Origin: Candidatus Marinacidobacterales bacterium
GTDB lineage: Bacteria; Acidobacteriota; Vicinamibacteria; Marinacidobacterales; DATDRI01
NCBI GenBank assembly: GCA_965219415.1
Contig: CBDCNP010000002.1
Span: 3,040,001-3,104,000, forward strand
Length of the DNA stretch: 64,000 bases
Direction of reading: 5' to 3'
The position numbers and the translations under genes are program-made. This document shows, piece after piece, positions 1 through 9,896 of the stretch; within the stretch, counting starts at the first letter, position 1, and each line of letters opens with the position of its first letter. The notes beneath the pieces are model-generated. The model saw nothing but the letters and a program-made list of their open reading frames with translations. It searched no databases and was not told the origin of the DNA.

Positions 1-474
1 CCGAAGGACGCGCTGGCAAAGACGTTCAAAGGCGGCAGGCTCCATGCGTCGAACAATGCTCAAAAGGGCTTTTTTCCAATCCTGCTCATCTGTCACATCA
101 TCTTTGTCAGGTTCGGCGTTCCGCGATCGCCTCGCCTTGTTCTGTTTCGCGCGTCCCAGACGGACTAGATCATGCATTTCCTGCTCCGTCTGAATCCTTC
201 GGCCAACGTCTGTGATCGTCCAAATGCCACGTGACGTATTGTCGATGGCGCCGGCAAACCGCAGATTAGTTCGCACCCATGCAGCACGATAATCGACTTC
301 GGATTGTGGGCCATCTTTGTGCGGGACGTCTAAAAGCTTGTCGGGTAGCGCCAGATCGGTAGCCACCTGCTCCGAAAGCTCCTGGATAGAGGCGGAACCA
401 CCCCGGTCTTTCAATGCTTTGAGGGTTGGCCAATACAAGTCTTTGTCGCTGGGAATTTGGCGCTCGTCAGTCAT
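1..474 (-). CDS. mrr: Mrr-family (type IV) restriction endonuclease, runs off window start
   Basis: Not in ORF track. Manual translation from ATG at 474 gives MTDERQIPSDKDLYWPTLKALKDRGGSASIQE...DYRAAWVRTNL...RGIWTIT (Mrr_N winged helix) and then MEPAAFERLCQRVLR (start of Mrr_cat). Confidence 0.85.
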   Translation of the reverse strand, partial: MTDERQIPSDKDLYWPTLKALKDRGGSASIQELSEQVATDLALPDKLLDVPHKDGPQSEVDYRAAWVRTNLRFAGAIDNTSRGIWTITDVGRRIQTEQEMHDLVRLGRAKQNKARRSRNAEPDKDDVTDEQDWKKALLSIVRRMEPAAFERLCQRVLR

Positions 475-534
475 TCTTCTCGTTCAAATTGTACCACCTG
501 GATGCGTCTCGACTACCGTGGAAAAAGAACGGTG

Positions 535-683
535 CCCGTCCTGTGCCAAAACTCGGCCCTTTTGAAGTAGATCATAAATCAGCAGCTTAGACGCCCTTGG
601 AATCCGCGCAGAATCCAGGGTATTTCGCGCCGCAGGGCTGACTTCCGACCCATGGGCTGGCGGATGAATAAATAGAAGGCACA
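535..683. mobile_element. Chimeric mini-element: family D end (CCCGTCCTGTGCCAAAAC) + family F end (AAATAGAAGGCACA)
   Basis: Both end motifs recur many times in the window; the interior matches the reverse complement of ~41725-41843. Confidence 0.7.
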
Positions 684-687
684 ACCA

Positions 688-728
688 CTACCCGCAGCCG
701 CGTAGCAACACTTGATGGCGCAAGCACC
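688..728 (-). mobile_element. Isolated family A (IS1-like) terminal repeat
   Basis: CAACACTTGATGGCGCAAGCACC is the reverse complement of the TIR at 44546. Confidence 0.8.
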
Positions 729-796
729 GGAGAAACAGTAGTATCCTGGGGGCGTCTTTCAATACAGAAGGGGGCAACGCCATTTGGAGGAGAACT

Positions 797-1060
797 ATGG
801 CAAAAGCGCGAGTGTTGACGCGGTTGGAACTAGCCGAGCATTTGAGTGTCGATAAACAGATGGTAACGAAATGGGAGCGGTCTGGGATGCCGGTCCACAC
901 CAGAGGGCGCGGCGTGGCGTCTCAATTCCGTCTGGGGGAGGTCCGGGCGTGGCTAAGGGTGCGGGAAGCTAAGGCCAAAGCGGCGGAGAAGGCGAAGGTG
1001 CGGGAAGCCAAAGCGGCAGAGAAGGCAGCGAAGGGTACTGTCAAGTTGACGAAAAGCTAG
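797..1060 (+). CDS. Lambda Nu1-like terminase small-subunit HTH protein, 3' end replaced by an IS6 end
   Basis: ELAEHLSVDKQMVTKWERSGMPV...FRLGEVRAW resembles the Nu1 winged HTH; GGAG RBS; last codons (GTVKL) come from IS6-type TIR GGTACTGTCAAGTTGA at 1034. Confidence 0.6.
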   Translation: MAKARVLTRLELAEHLSVDKQMVTKWERSGMPVHTRGRGVASQFRLGEVRAWLRVREAKAKAAEKAKVREAKAAEKAAKGTVKLTKS

Positions 1061-1225
1061 CTGACCGACCTGTGCTCCGCAAAAAATCGATCCGGCGTTG
1101 ATTGCGCGTTTTAGACTTACTATGTCGGCTGCTTCTGGCCGATCTTCTTTTTTGGTGCTTCCGCAATCAAGTGTTGGTGGCTGCCGCGTAACCCGCTCGC
1201 GTGCTAGAGTTTGAGCCTGATTTCC
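1034..1225 (+). mobile_element. Stack of IS ends: IS6 end (1034), truncated family E MITE (1071-1153), family A end (1154-1225)
   Basis: Motifs match the intact copies at 61431, 37499 and 58170-58239. Confidence 0.75.
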
Positions 1226-1320
1226 TGACAACCGGCTGAGGATCCTGCCGGTGTAGTGGAAAAAAAGCGCGCAAGGCGTTCGTGAGAGAACTTCGTTGAC
1301 CATCATGGGGAGGCCGCTGG

Positions 1321-1893
1321 ATGGCACGTTCATCTAATCGGACAAGGCAGTGGTCCGAGCTGCTGCACTGGCTCAAGCGATTTCGGGCAGATCCGGACTT
1401 CGAGAAAGGGGAACGGACGTACAAAGTGGCACTTGCCGCCAGAGTCAACGAGGCGCGCAAGCGCATCCGATCAGGACAGGCAGATTGGGAGGACGCGGTT
1501 CGCCGTGCCTTCACCGACAAGGACAATAATCTGACGGGATGGCGGACGCGCTCCAGATTTCTTGAGTGGATGGAACGCGAATCCGACACGTGCAAGGGCG
1601 CGCTGCAGGCCTTGTGGTCGACCACTGGGCCGCCTCCCCCACCGGAAGAGCGCCTACGAGGCTTCTTCGAGCAAGTGCCCGGAAACGTTCTTAAATCGCT
1701 CGGCGAGCGTCTGAACATCGGGTCTTTCCTGATGATGGCGGAGGACCCGGACCGGCTGCCGCCGGTAAAGATCAGCCCATTCCGCAAAGCCTGGAAACTG
1801 GCGGGCCGACAAGTTCGGAGCCGAGCGCGGTCTATGGAGAGATCCTTCGATTCCTGGACGAGCTCGCTGGAGACAGTGCCGGCTGGCCGGCCC
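1321..1893 (+). pseudogene. N-terminal fragment of an unknown protein, possibly a McrB-like defence protein
   Basis: ORF with RBS, apparent frameshift near 1810, cut at 1894 by a family B end; product assignment is weak. Confidence 0.3.
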
Positions 1894-2240
1894 TGTCCAT
1901 CATCATTATTTGTCCGGGACTGGACTCTAGGCCCGGACTACCCTTGAGCACATGCTGGAGAGCGTGGTCAGCGCGCGAGGGAAGGTGCTGAGGACGAACT
2001 TCTCGGCGACCAGCCGAGTAACGCGAGCGACCAAGCTGACTCAGGCTACCTCTCGCCACTCGTATCGATGGTGCAATCCACCGACTCGCGGCAGTGCGAC
2101 GACTTTCGCCGTAGGAGACGGTCGGTGCGTGACCCGTCTGGTCAAAACACTCGAACGCCCATCGGGTCAGCAGTTTGCACCTTTCCAACGGGAAGCCGCA
2201 TGAGTATTTTGACCTGTGCCTTCTATTTATTCATCCGGGC
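1894..2240. mobile_element. Stack: family B right-end fragment (1894-2132), family C mini-element (2133-2214), family F end (2215-2238)
   Basis: Near identity to the ends of the intact elements at 22960-24245 and 32112-33312. Confidence 0.8.
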
Positions 2241-2753
2241 TGTCCATCATCATTATTAATCCGGGACTGGATCTAGGCCCGGACCGCCCTCGAGCCCATG
2301 CTTGAGAGCGTGATCAGCGCGCGAGGGAAGGTTCTGAGCACGAAATTCTCGGCGACCAGCCGAGTAACGCGAGCGACCAAGCTGACTCAGACTGCCTCTC
2401 GCCACTCGTATCGATGGTGCAGTCCACCGATTCGCGGCAGTGCGACGACTTTCGCCGTAGGAGACGGTCGGTGCGTGACCGCTCTCAAGCTCGGTGTGTC
2501 CTTGTTCAGCCCCAGGTGGCAACGGTCCTCATGATAGTAGCTGATGTAAGCTCGCACGAGCCGGATGAGATGACATGCGCTGAGAACCACGACGTGTTCA
2601 AGGAGCTCGCGACGGCAGCTACCGACCCCGTCCTGTGCCAAAACTCGGCCCAGCCGGCATTGACGAAAGAACTGCGCCTCTCGAAATCAGGCTAAAATTC
2701 TAGCACGCGAACAGGTTACGTGGCGACCGCCAACACTTGACTGCGGAAGCACC
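2241..2753. mobile_element. Composite B+D+A mini-element, copy 1
   Basis: B right end, then D end at 2627, then A end at 2731-2753; same order and breakpoints at 53294-53808. Confidence 0.8.
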
Positions 2754-2803
2754 GGCGGAAGCACCCCACGGGTGCTCCGCGATAGGCGGGGCGGACACGG
2801 ACT

Positions 2804-4036
2804 CTATGCAGTCGGACGCGGATGCCCGAACTCGCCTACTGGATGACCCGCCGCCAATAGCATCTTCCGAATTCTCCGCAGAAAATCGGGTGATTTCAGC
2901 ATTTCGCTACTAAAGTGAGGACCGGAGGGGAGCACCAAGTCGCATACACGTCCATTTTTATCCAGTTTGTAGAGTATGACAGTGGCTTGTCTATCGGGAG
3001 CCTTTCCTTCGTGAGCTTCTCCTTTTGCTTGTGCCCCCCACCTCTCGGGGAACGACCGCGCGAGCAGCCACATCGAAGCCTCCGCCTTCGGCGGGCTAAA
3101 CTTCGACATGATCGTAGCGTACTTGACCTTCCCGTCTTTCAACTGGCCGTTTAGAATTTCGCCGCCCTTGTATTTCACCGTCTGCTGGATAATCTTGCTC
3201 TCCCCGAGGGCGCTCCGCTCGATGTTCTCGAGGTGAACCAATTCGAAGTGTACCAGGGCCTTCCGGACGGACTCGTAAAATTCATGAAATAGGCCGCTCT
3301 CTACCTTCCCACGTGCGAGCCACCTGCAAAGTGTCTCTGGGGTTATGCCAACGGACTGCGCTGCATCCTTATAGCTCATCCCTGTTCGAACGCACCTGAG
3401 GATCTTCTCTTGGCACTCGGGGGTGAGTTTAGTTTTCCGTCCAGCCATGTTTGGGGGAATCTTAAAATTCACGGAATTGTCCGCTCTTGGCCTCTTTCCT
3501 GGCAATTGCGCAGTTTTATTCTCCCCCATTCGGCGCACACGTCCATTATCCGGTAGGAGGCAAATGACGGTGGGTTGTCTATCGCGAGCCTCTCCTTCGT
3601 GAGCTTCTCTTTTTGCTCGTGGCCCCCACCTATCGGGGAACCGCCGCGCGAGCAGCCACGCCGACCTCTTCCAGTTCCGCGGGCGAGACTTCGTCGCGGT
3701 CGTAGCGTACTTGACCTTCCCGTCTTTCAACTGGCCGTTTAGGATTTCGCCGACCTCGTATCTCAGCGTCTGCCGGGTGATCTTGCTCTCCCCGAGGGCG
3801 CTCCGCTCGATGTTCTTGAGGTGAACCCATTCGAAGTCTGCCAGGGCCTCCTGGACGGACTCGTAAAATTCATGAAATAGGCCGCTCTCTACCTTCCCAC
3901 GTGCGAGCCACCTGCAAAGTGTCTCTAGGGCTATGCCAGCAGACTCCGCTGCCGCCTTATAGGTCATCCCTGCTCGAACGCACTTGAGAATCTTCTCTTG
4001 GCGCTCGGGGGTGAGTTTGGTTTTCCGCCCAGCCAT
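2804..4036 (-). CDS. Protein with two tandem terminase-small-subunit-like HTH domains
   Basis: MAGRKTKLTPE.QEKIL.CVR.GM.YK.AA.S.GI..ETLCRWLARG...WLLAR.FP.RWG occurs twice (starts 4036 and 3448); the start could be further upstream. Confidence 0.6.
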   Translation of the reverse strand: MAGRKTKLTPERQEKILKCVRAGMTYKAAAESAGIALETLCRWLARGKVESGLFHEFYESVQEALADFEWVHLKNIERSALGESKITRQTLRYEVGEILNGQLKDGKVKYATTATKSRPRNWKRSAWLLARRFPDRWGPRAKREAHEGEARDRQPTVICLLPDNGRVRRMGENKTAQLPGKRPRADNSVNFKIPPNMAGRKTKLTPECQEKILRCVRTGMSYKDAAQSVGITPETLCRWLARGKVESGLFHEFYESVRKALVHFELVHLENIERSALGESKIIQQTVKYKGGEILNGQLKDGKVKYATIMSKFSPPKAEASMWLLARSFPERWGAQAKGEAHEGKAPDRQATVILYKLDKNGRVCDLVLPSGPHFSSEMLKSPDFLRRIRKMLLAAGHPVGEFGHPRPTA

Positions 4037-4511
4037 TTTTGGAATTCTACCATAGGTTTCGCTCTTGATAAAATTGACGATATAGGCCACTCTTGGCCTG
4101 CTCCCCACGCGCGAAACAGGCGTAGAACTTGGCCTTATTGACGCCTGCGACGTCTGCGACCTACCCCCGGCATCCTTAGCCAGAATGCACTCCCGGATGG
4201 TTTTTTGGCGCTCGGGGGTCACTTTGTGTCCATTATTCTCTGTAAACTCCCTGTTTTTCACGGTTACCAGCCGAGACCGGATAGCTCCAAACTGCACTAT
4301 CCGCCACCCAGTCTGGCCAATTGTGGCACTGCAGAGACGCGTGAGATTTTCCGCGCAGTTAGCGGGGTTTTGCAGGATCAGGTGGCACCAGAGACGCGCT
4401 AGAAGGGCGGAACGGACCTCATTTTCGGGATTCGTCTCTAATCCGGATTTTCGAGTGCCACGTTTGCGCCAAAGGGGGAAGTGGGCCGCTGGCAGGGCCG
4501 TGCGGCCGCCC

Positions 4512-4606
4512 AAAAGAGGCCACCCGAGGGATCCAGAATCGAGGCCGGGGCTACCGTGGCGTAGCGGGCTAGCACGTTCTGGTCCAGGTGTGCCCGGGCT
4601 TCATTG
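4512..4606. repeat. ~95 bp dispersed repeat, second copy at 42459-42556
   Basis: AAAAGAGGCCACCCGAG..CCAGAATCGAGGCCGGGGCTAC.GTGG.GTAGCGGG is shared by both copies. Confidence 0.7.
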
Positions 4607-4828
4607 ATGCCCTCACTTGCCTCGGATTTTGTATCAACCAGGATCTGGCAAGGCTCGAGAGCATCCCATCCATCGTCGCTCTTTGGCCCGTTATTGATCG
4701 GCCTTTTCTTGGGAAATCAGCCCTTCTGTCCAAATTGCAAGATTTTCCGCAACCGTCGGCTCAGGCCCGTTCGGCCCAAACGTTACACTTGCTAATGACC
4801 ACGCTGGAGCAGGAAGCCGCTGTTATTC

Positions 4829-5557
4829 CTACCACGCCAACCCGGTTCCGCACTGCCGCAGTTCCTCTCGGCGCCGCTCGTAGTCCGGCATAACCCGTCC
4901 GACCGCCTGCCAGTAGTCACGGCCGTGGCCGCGGTGCAGGAGATGCACCAACTCGTGGACGACGACGTAGTCGATGAGCCGCATCGGGGCCTGGATGATG
5001 CGCCAGTTCAGCCGAATCGTGCCACGGTGGTTGCAGCTTCCCCAGCGTTTCTGTTGGTCCGCGACGATGACCCGGGGCATTGGAGTACCCACCTTCGAGC
5101 GCCATGCCTCCACCCGTTCCGGGAGCCGTTCGGCGGCGTGACGGCGGAACCACGACACCAAAGCGGCTCGCACATGGGCGGTCTGATGCGTTTCCCCCAG
5201 CGCGGGTACGTGCAGCCATCCGCCGCGCAGCTTTGCCTCACCGGTCGCGCGCGGATCGACCTTCAAGCGGTAGTGCCGCCCCAGGTACAGGACACTCTCC
5301 CCGCTGACGAACTCGCGCGGCGAAGCGGGCGGAGCCTGGCCTTCCGCACGCCGGAGGCGCCGCACGATCCATTCCGCCTTGCGGGTCACAATTGCGTCGA
5401 GTCGGTCGGTGGCGAGGCGTTCCGGAGCGATCACCAAGACACTCCCGGTGGGCTCTACCGTCACGGCCACCGTCTTCTTCCGACGGGCGCTGCGGCGGAT
5501 AGTGTAGGACACTCGCCTGCTTCCCCAGACGATGGCAGAGGTCTCCGGGGCTGTCAT
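4829..5557 (-). CDS. M48/YgjP (DUF45) zinc metalloprotease associated with type I RM
   Basis: RWGSC, IRLNWR, DYVVVHELVH motifs; overlaps the hsdR stop codon. Confidence 0.9.
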   Translation of the reverse strand: MTAPETSAIVWGSRRVSYTIRRSARRKKTVAVTVEPTGSVLVIAPERLATDRLDAIVTRKAEWIVRRLRRAEGQAPPASPREFVSGESVLYLGRHYRLKVDPRATGEAKLRGGWLHVPALGETHQTAHVRAALVSWFRRHAAERLPERVEAWRSKVGTPMPRVIVADQQKRWGSCNHRGTIRLNWRIIQAPMRLIDYVVVHELVHLLHRGHGRDYWQAVGRVMPDYERRREELRQCGTGLAW

Positions 5558-8199
5558 CTGCCGGTTCTCACCTTGGCCAAGTCCACAATTTCCGCCGCCA
5601 GCGATTCCACTGCTTCGGCGGAGATGCCGCTGGCACGTAGCTGCCGCTTGATCTTGCTGCGCATCTGCCGCTGCAGGTCATCCTTCTGCCACCAGTCGAC
5701 CAGCTCCGTGAAGGGTGTCACGGCCTCGTCGATGAGCGATGCCAGGTCGCGGTTGGCGGCGTTGTACGAAGTGGAATCTCCCCCTTCCGCCATCGGACGT
5801 TGCCGCTCCAGCAGCCCGTAAATGGCAAAGCCACGCCCGTCGAGCCCCATGTCCTGTGCCCGAGCCTGCTCGCCCTTCAGTTCTTCGCGCAGGCTGCTCA
5901 GAAGCGACAGCTGCTTGGCGGCATCGAGCCATTCCAGCCGCCGCTGCTCAATAATCTCTTCCAACCGTTCGCGCAGCGACTGATAGAAGGCTGGGTTTTC
6001 TTCCACGCGGACGTTGATCTCGTGACGGATGGCGTGCTCCATCTCGCTCGCCTTCGCCTCGTCGGTCTTGAGCGCATCGACCTTCTCTTCAAACTCCGGC
6101 GAGAAAAGCTGGACCTTCGTGACCAGGATCTGGATGCCGTCCGCGACTACGGCGTCGGCAATCAGCTTCCGCACTTTCTCGCCGCAGCCCGATAGGTCGA
6201 GCCGGTCATCCCGGTAGCGGGCGCGCGCGGTTCCGCGAATCTTGCCTAGCCAGCGCAGGTCGGCGTTATACGCGAGGGCGCGCTGGTCCGGCAACAGCAT
6301 GTCGATCGATTGGCTGAAGCGGCGGAACGCGAGGTCGAACTCCGCGCGGACATCCTTCGGCTCCAGCACCCGCACACAGGCTTCCAAGTCGTTCTTGTCT
6401 TTGACCATCCGGAAGAACTTCGTCGCCGCCGCGTGTCGGCTCTGAAGCCGCGGCAACTCGTCCATCTTCGGCGTGAGCGCATCCTGGATGTGCGTGGTCG
6501 AGAAGACAGCGAGCGCGTCCTGTAGCTTCGCCGACACGCCCCAGTAGTCCACGACCAGACCGTAGGTCTTCTCCTCCCCGAGCGGCCGGTTCACGCGGGC
6601 GATGGCTTGTAGCAGCGTGTGTTCCTTGAGCGGCCCATCAAGATACATGACCTGCTCGACCGGCGCGTCGAAACCGGTCAGCAGCATGTCGCACACCACC
6701 AGAATGGACAGCGGGTCGTTCCGGTCCTTGAACCGTTCGATGAGCCGGTCTTGTTGCTCCTTGCCCAGATGCCAGCGCGCAAGCCGCTCCTCGTCGTTGT
6801 TGCTCGACGACACGATCAGAGCCGATTCAGGGCCGTTCAGCCGGTCCAGGGTCTCCTTATAAGTTACTGCGGCGTGGCGGCTCGTGGTCACTACCTGGGC
6901 CTTGAATCGATTCGGGGCGATGAACCCGGTGAAATGGTCAATCAGGTCCAGGCAAATCGTCTCGATGCGACGCGGTGCGCTGGCAATCGCTTGCTCGGTG
7001 GCAAACCGCTGCTTGATAGCGGTCCGTTCGTCCTCGGTGTAGTCGGCAAATACACGATCGAACACCTGATCGATGGTCTGTCCGATGATTTGCAGCTCGG
7101 GGAGCCGGCCTCTCATAGAAGATGGGCACCGTCGCCCCGTCCTGAACTGCCTGCTCAATGGTGTAGGTATCGATGTAAGGACCGAACGTCTGCAGCGTGC
7201 TGCGGTCCTTCTTATCGATTGGCGTGCCGGTGAAGCCGAGAAAGCAAGCGTTGGGCAGCGCCTGTCGCATATTCGCAGCCAGGCTCCTGTACTGCGTGCG
7301 GTGGGCTTCATCCACCATGACGAAGATGTTGGTGGCCTCGGACAGGGTCGGGTGGACCGCTCCCCGTTGGTCGGCGTCGGTGATCTCCTGGAATTTCTGG
7401 ATCGTGGTCATCACCGTCCTGCCGGTCGGATGTTCCAGGATTCGCCGCAGATCGCGCACGCTGTCTGCCCGTTCGGGATTCGGGAACCCGCATGCGGTGA
7501 ACACGCCCGCGATCTGCCGATCGAGCTTCGTGCGGTCGGTGACGATCACAATGGTGGGTTGCTGCTGGGCGGCGTCGCGGCGCAGCTTGAGCGCCAGCCA
7601 GAGCATCGTCAGGCTCTTGCCCGAACCCTGCGTGTGCCAAACGATACCGCCGCGCTCGCCAGGCTTCCGGGCCGTCTGAATCCGGCCCATCGCCTCGTTC
7701 ACGGCGATGAACTGCTTATAGCGTGTCAGCTTGCGGACGCTCCGGCCGCCTTCGACCTCGAACACGACGAAGTTCCGCACGATGTCCAGCAGATTGCGCG
7801 GCTTGAGGAGTCCGTACAACAAGACGTCCTGTGGCGTCGGCTTGCGCTTGAGTCTCTCACCGAGCTGCTTCACGGTCAGCGGGTACGGCTCCTTCCATTT
7901 CAGGAAAAACCGCTCTGGCGTGCTGACCGTTCCGTAGACGGCCCGTTCGCCGCAGGTTCCGACGAGAATCTGCGTCGCCTCGAAGAGCTTCGGCGCTCCC
8001 TGGTCCTTCCACTGCGTGCCAGCCTCCTGGTACCGGTGGAGCTGCTGGATCGCCTTCGCCTTCCAAGCATCGCCGATGGTGGGGCTCTTGCATTCAATGA
8101 CGGCGAGCGGGAGGCCGTTGACGAACGCCTCGACATCCGGGACGACGTGCTTCTTCGACCCGAGCACCTTGTACTGTCGGGTAACGATCCATTCGTTGC
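5554..8199 (-). pseudogene. hsdR: Type I restriction enzyme R subunit, 5'-truncated and frameshifted near 7110
   Basis: FVNGLPLAVIECK, HTQGSGKS, DEAHR, GFTGTP, MLLTGFDAP, QAIARVNR split over two frames; cut by a MITE at 8200. Confidence 0.9.
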
Positions 8200-8365
8200 G
8201 GTGCTTCCGTCATCAAGTGTTGGTGATGTGACGCTAAGACGTTACGGTGCATTAAGTTACAGCCAAAATAGCGCTCGTGACCTTCGCTGCGCGCTAAATG
8301 GAGCGTAAGCACCTCTTTTGCAAAGGGATGCGTACACATCACGAACAGTAAACAGCGCAAGCACC
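8200..8365 (+). mobile_element. Family A 166-bp MITE
   Basis: GGTGCTTCCG...CGCAAGCACC termini; copies at 30886, 35094 and 57164. Confidence 0.85.
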
Positions 8366-8366
8366 C

Positions 8367-9740
8367 CTATCTGTAAAACCGGCCATCCTTGATCACATGA
8401 AGGACCCCGTGCTTGAGCAGCGTGATGTCCTGCAGGGGGTCGCCATCGACGACGATCAGGTCGGCAAATTTCCCTACCTCGATCGTTCCTAGATCGGCGT
8501 CTACCCCCTGCATCTGTGCCGCTCGTAAGGTCGCGCTCTGTATCGCCTCCATCGGAGACAATCCCACCTCGACCAAGTTCGCGAGTTCTCGAGGCAACGG
8601 AACGTGGAAGTTGACGGGCGTTCCCGAGTCACAGCCAGCGACGATCTGCTCCCGGCCTCCTGCCACGATGAATCGACGGAACTTTTGCTTGACAACCTTC
8701 ATTCGCTCACGCGCACCGATCGCCCATGGAATGGACTGAGGACTACTCCAAGACCGGCGCATATAATCGTAAATGTCTGGAGGAAACTGCTTCCGGAAGC
8801 GAGGGTGATCCAGAATCTCTGGAAAATCCAGGACACGGACGTAGGACTGGCGCATCTCCATCGTAGAGACGAAGTAGGGACCGCGGAGAATGTTCGACGA
8901 GGGACCCAGGGCCACCGGCTTCGCACCCCGTACGAGTAGCCTCATGTCCTCGTCGCTGTACTCGGATAATGGACTGGCTGCGAAGACAACGTGCAGTCTG
9001 TCAACACCGGCCCGAACCGCGGTGCGCATGGCGCTCACGTGCCGCGCCTCGGCGTCCACTCCAATGCCAGCCCGATGGGCGGCATCCACCAGCGCCTCCA
9101 ACACCGGCAGTTTCCAAAATCCCCCGATTTGGATCTGATCGATGTTTGATGCGATGAGCTGTTCCGCGGCCTCGCGCGCCGCTTGTGGAGTCGTCAACCG
9201 ATAGAAGTTCGAAACGCCGTCCGCGGCACGATCGCGTTCGGGGTGATTCTCGATGCTTCGCCCTGTCAGGTAGAGACGAGGACCGAGTCTCTTCCCCGAT
9301 TCGATCGCCTCGCGAAGCTGCTTCTGTTCCTCGAGTGGACCGCTCGCATTCCGGAAGCTTGTGACACCGGCCATCAGATTGAGCTCCGCTACGATGGCCA
9401 TGATCTCCGTCTTCCGATCCGCGAAGTGGGAAACGAACTCGCCAGGGTTCCCGGCTCCTATGTGAAGGAGATGACCGTGCGACTCCCAGAGTCCGGGCAT
9501 GACCGTCATGCCATTGGTGTCGATGACCCGCGCGCCAGAAGGAATGGCTATCGCTCCGACCCGGCCGATTGCGTCGATTCGACTGCCCTTCACCAAGACG
9601 ACGGCGTTGTCGAGAGGTGGACCTCCGTACCCGTCGACGAGCCTCCCCCCGGCTAGGGCAAGGGTTTCCGAGCGGGCATCTGCTGATGTGGTAAGCACAC
9701 AAGCGATAAGAACCGAGGCCGCCGATGTCGAGCGGATCAT
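8367..9740 (-). CDS. Secreted amidohydrolase family protein
   Basis: Signal peptide; VMPGLWESHGH; EAIQSATLRAA; GTIEVGKFADLIVVDGDPL. Confidence 0.85.
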   Translation of the reverse strand: MIRSTSAASVLIACVLTTSADARSETLALAGGRLVDGYGGPPLDNAVVLVKGSRIDAIGRVGAIAIPSGARVIDTNGMTVMPGLWESHGHLLHIGAGNPGEFVSHFADRKTEIMAIVAELNLMAGVTSFRNASGPLEEQKQLREAIESGKRLGPRLYLTGRSIENHPERDRAADGVSNFYRLTTPQAAREAAEQLIASNIDQIQIGGFWKLPVLEALVDAAHRAGIGVDAEARHVSAMRTAVRAGVDRLHVVFAASPLSEYSDEDMRLLVRGAKPVALGPSSNILRGPYFVSTMEMRQSYVRVLDFPEILDHPRFRKQFPPDIYDYMRRSWSSPQSIPWAIGARERMKVVKQKFRRFIVAGGREQIVAGCDSGTPVNFHVPLPRELANLVEVGLSPMEAIQSATLRAAQMQGVDADLGTIEVGKFADLIVVDGDPLQDITLLKHGVLHVIKDGRFYR

Positions 9741-9896
9741 CGGGTCACACTCGCTCCATTATCGTCACCACGCCCTGACCACCACCGATGCAGAGGGTGC
9801 TTCCGCCATCAAGTGATGGAATGGACTCCTCCACTGACATAGACGGCATCGATGTGCCAAAGTCAGTCGAATACGCATCGAAAAGGAGGAGTCCAA

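Noticed and set aside
1952-2695. Repeated small ORFs (MLESVVSARGK..., MVQSTDSRQ...)
   Set aside because: Alternative frames of family B IS fragments.
4037-4513. N-terminal extension of the 569-aa ORF
   Set aside because: Mostly non-protein-like apart from one degenerate repeat; 4036 is the more plausible start.
797-4513. Intact prophage
   Set aside because: No structural, large terminase, lysis or intact integrase genes in the window.
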